Assembly: GCA_021735185.1 (NCBI GenBank) | Contig: JAIPHN010000003.1 | Location: 1 to 38,424, forward strand | Direction of reading: 5' to 3' | DNA from: Candidatus Bipolaricaulota bacterium | GTDB taxonomy: Bacteria > Bipolaricaulota > Bipolaricaulia > M55B111 | DNA length: 38,424 bases | Shown here: positions 36,773 to 38,424 of the stretch, piece by piece | Layout of the letters: each line of letters starts with the position of its first letter | Position numbering within the stretch: the first letter of the stretch is position 1 | Notes under the pieces: generated by a model | Seen by the model: only the letters and a program-made list of their open reading frames with translations | Told to the model about the DNA's origin: nothing | Databases searched by the model: none | Position numbers and translations under genes: made by a program

Positions 36773-37468
36773 TTAGCCGGACCTGAAGCTGTGCCAGCGA
36801 GAACCGGTTTTTGAGCAGCTCTCCCGTTCGAGTTCCTTCAGACGTTCGTACAATCGGCGTTCATCTTCCGATACCAGCACTCGGCTATCTTGCTGGGTCT
36901 GCTGGTCGGAATCAATCAGTGAGGTATCTACATCGAGTCCAATTTTCTCGAAACCTTCTTTAACGTGAGGTTCCCTTTCCAGCAGGGATTCGTAGCTAAC
37001 CAGGATACTTTCCTCTAGGTTTTCGTAAGCTGCTATTAGTGCGTTGGAGTTTTTCTTCCAGGAAAGAGGAAATTCGCCGATACCTCTCTTAAACAGGCTC
37101 GCTTTTACGTTGGCGGGTTTGCGGAATACGCCGACCATTTTGAGTTCGTCGGCAACGTGGCGGTAGAAGAATACTGCAGGGATGCGAACCAGTTTTAATC
37201 CGCTCCAGCCTGATTGATCGTTTAACCTGGTTATAACCTCGTTCATCTTTTCCGTGTTTTCCTCGGTCATTGCTTCTTTGAGCAGTAACTTTGAAACTTC
37301 TTTGCTTATAGCCATTTCGTAATAGCCTGCCTGGTTGTATTCATCGCCCTCGAAGTCACTTGGAAAAGAAACCCCGGCGCTTTCTACTAGCTGACAGGCA
37401 AGTGAGGTTCCACTGCGGGGATGGCCTGCAACTATGACGGAGTTATTCAGGACTACTGGCTTTGTCAC
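36773..37468 (-). CDS. Sulfotransferase-like P-loop protein
   Basis: VAGHPRSGTSL (5'-PSB-like loop), N..GYYE, VFRKP..V..SL, VSYESL. Confidence 0.75.
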   Translation of the reverse strand: MTKPVVLNNSVIVAGHPRSGTSLACQLVESAGVSFPSDFEGDEYNQAGYYEMAISKEVSKLLLKEAMTEENTEKMNEVITRLNDQSGWSGLKLVRIPAVFFYRHVADELKMVGVFRKPANVKASLFKRGIGEFPLSWKKNSNALIAAYENLEESILVSYESLLEREPHVKEGFEKIGLDVDTSLIDSDQQTQQDSRVLVSEDERRLYERLKELERESCSKTGSRWHSFRSG

Positions 37469-37554
37469 CCTTACCCCCTAATAGGTAAATACTGCTATGC
37501 GGGATCAATCGTTTAAATACAAGAGAAAGCGTAAATGATCCGCAAATCTAACAC

Positions 37555-37645
37555 TGGTGCCGAGGGCGGGACTTGAACCCGCACGGACTATAAAGTGTCC
37601 ACATGGACCTGAACCATGCGCGTCTGCCAATTCCGCCACCTCGGC
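37555..37645 (-). tRNA. tRNA-Leu(CAG), encoded CCA, long variable arm
   Basis: GCCGAGG acceptor stem, D-arm GGCGGAATTGGCAGACGC, anticodon arm CATGG-TTCAGGT-CCATG, variable arm GGAC-ACTTTATA-GTCC, T-arm GCGGG-TTCAAGT-CCCGC, ACCA end. Confidence 0.98.
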
Positions 37646-37683
37646 TAATAGGCAAACAATTATATTCAAGCTCGGAGCCTCAA

Positions 37684-38106
37684 TCAAGTTGACGCATCTA
37701 CCCTTATCAACCGGGCGTCTTTACCGATTAACTCCAGTTCGATGTCTATCCTTTCGGCGGGAAGTATGTTTTCTATCCTCCCGGCCCATTCTATTGCAAC
37801 TACACCTTCTGGTTGCAGTAAGTACTCGTCCAGTCCGGCTTCCACGAACTCCTCGTCGGTCTGGATTCTAAACAGATCGAGATGAAATAAAGTGGTATCG
37901 CCTTCGTACTGCCGCAATAAAACGTAAGACGGAGAGACAATAGTGCCGGCAACACCTAATGCCTTTGCCAGACCCTTTACCAGGGTTGTCTTGCCGGCTG
38001 CTAACGGTCCGTAGAGGCAAAATATACTCCCCTTTCCGAACTGGCTAATTAATTGCTTTCCGATTTTCTCCGTTTCCTCGGGGCTCCCCGTTCTGAATTC
38101 TTGCAA
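37684..38106 (-). CDS. tsaE: tRNA t6A biosynthesis ATPase TsaE
   Basis: LYGPLAAGKTT.VKG.A..LG, SPSY, HLDL.R, IEWA. Confidence 0.95.
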   Translation of the reverse strand: MQEFRTGSPEETEKIGKQLISQFGKGSIFCLYGPLAAGKTTLVKGLAKALGVAGTIVSPSYVLLRQYEGDTTLFHLDLFRIQTDEEFVEAGLDEYLLQPEGVVAIEWAGRIENILPAERIDIELELIGKDARLIRVDAST

Positions 38107-38109
38107 AGC

Positions 38110-38424
38110 TTACTCCCGAAGTGTTATTCCTTTCCGATCAAGATCCGACCTTATTTCTTCCACCATTTCATCGACTTCCTCGTCGCTCAGCGTCTTATCA
38201 CTGTCACGGAAAGTTATCTCGTAGGTCAGACTCTTTTTGCCGCTCTCTATCTGGTCTCCCTGGTAGGTGTCATAGAGGTAGGCTTTCTCTACCTTTGGTC
38301 CTTTTATGATGGTTTCCCGGATCTCGGATTCCTCTATTGACTCCGGAACCGTCAGGGAAAGATCCCTCGATGAAGACGGAAACTTTGGTAGTTCTTCGTA
38401 ACCTCCTTCAAACTCGGCGGTCTC
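38110..38424 (-). CDS. pheT: Phenylalanyl-tRNA synthetase beta subunit, C-terminal FDX-ACB domain (5' part outside the window)
   Basis: Hand translation: ...YEELPKFPSSSRDLSL...LYDTYQGDQIESGKKSLTYEITFRDSDKTLSDEEVD...GITLRE*. Confidence 0.95.
   Translation of the reverse strand, partial: ETAEFEGGYEELPKFPSSSRDLSLTVPESIEESEIRETIIKGPKVEKAYLYDTYQGDQIESGKKSLTYEITFRDSDKTLSDEEVDEMVEEIRSDLDRKGITLRE

Noticed and set aside
37505-37871. ORFs overlapping the tRNA and tsaE
   Set aside because: Translations of the tRNA-Leu gene or antisense to tsaE.
1-38424. CRISPR array, transposase, integrase, reverse transcriptase or defence island
   Set aside because: No regularly spaced repeats or matching protein motifs were seen. 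The three-copy motif at 9.5-9.7 kb has mixed orientation and ~90-nt gaps.

Overview
A gene-dense, mostly metabolic window from an anaerobic bacterium with strongly acidic proteins. Bacterial markers are TsaE, FabI, PheT with an FDX-ACB domain and bacterial-type AcsB. A halophilic, acetogen-like lineage such as Bipolaricaulota is my inference and was not tested. From left to right: (1) a Wood-Ljungdahl/nickel block with the 5' part of acsB (not in the ORF track), cooC/acsF, a DUF3786-like gene, a ferredoxin, a His-motif protein and cooT; (2) a four-subunit group 3b [NiFe]-hydrogenase with its maturation protease; (3) sufS-sufU; (4) a long corrinoid salvage/completion operon, btuFCD-cobO-cobS-cobU-cobT-cobD-[~530-nt gap]-cbiB-bioY-cbiA-cbiP, which looks like a bacterial/haloarchaeal mosaic; (5) a Clp1-like polynucleotide kinase, mgtE, nitroreductase, Fe-ADH, fabI, a ferredoxin, methyltransferase and sulfotransferase-like genes; (6) tRNA-Leu(CAG), tsaE and the 3' end of pheT. 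I saw no integrase, transposase, RT or CRISPR array. The most unexpected signals are non-coding. The cobD-cbiB gap folds by eye into a ~340-435-nt multi-domain RNA with a pseudoknot and plus-strand-only G-U pairs. A ~230-nt rod/switch built from a triplicated motif lies between the hydrogenase and suf genes. There are structured leaders before mgtE and fabI, a shared Rex/CRP-like palindrome upstream of both the acs and hydrogenase operons, and an unlisted small HTH-like ORF with an ATT start. All folding was done by hand and no searches were run.
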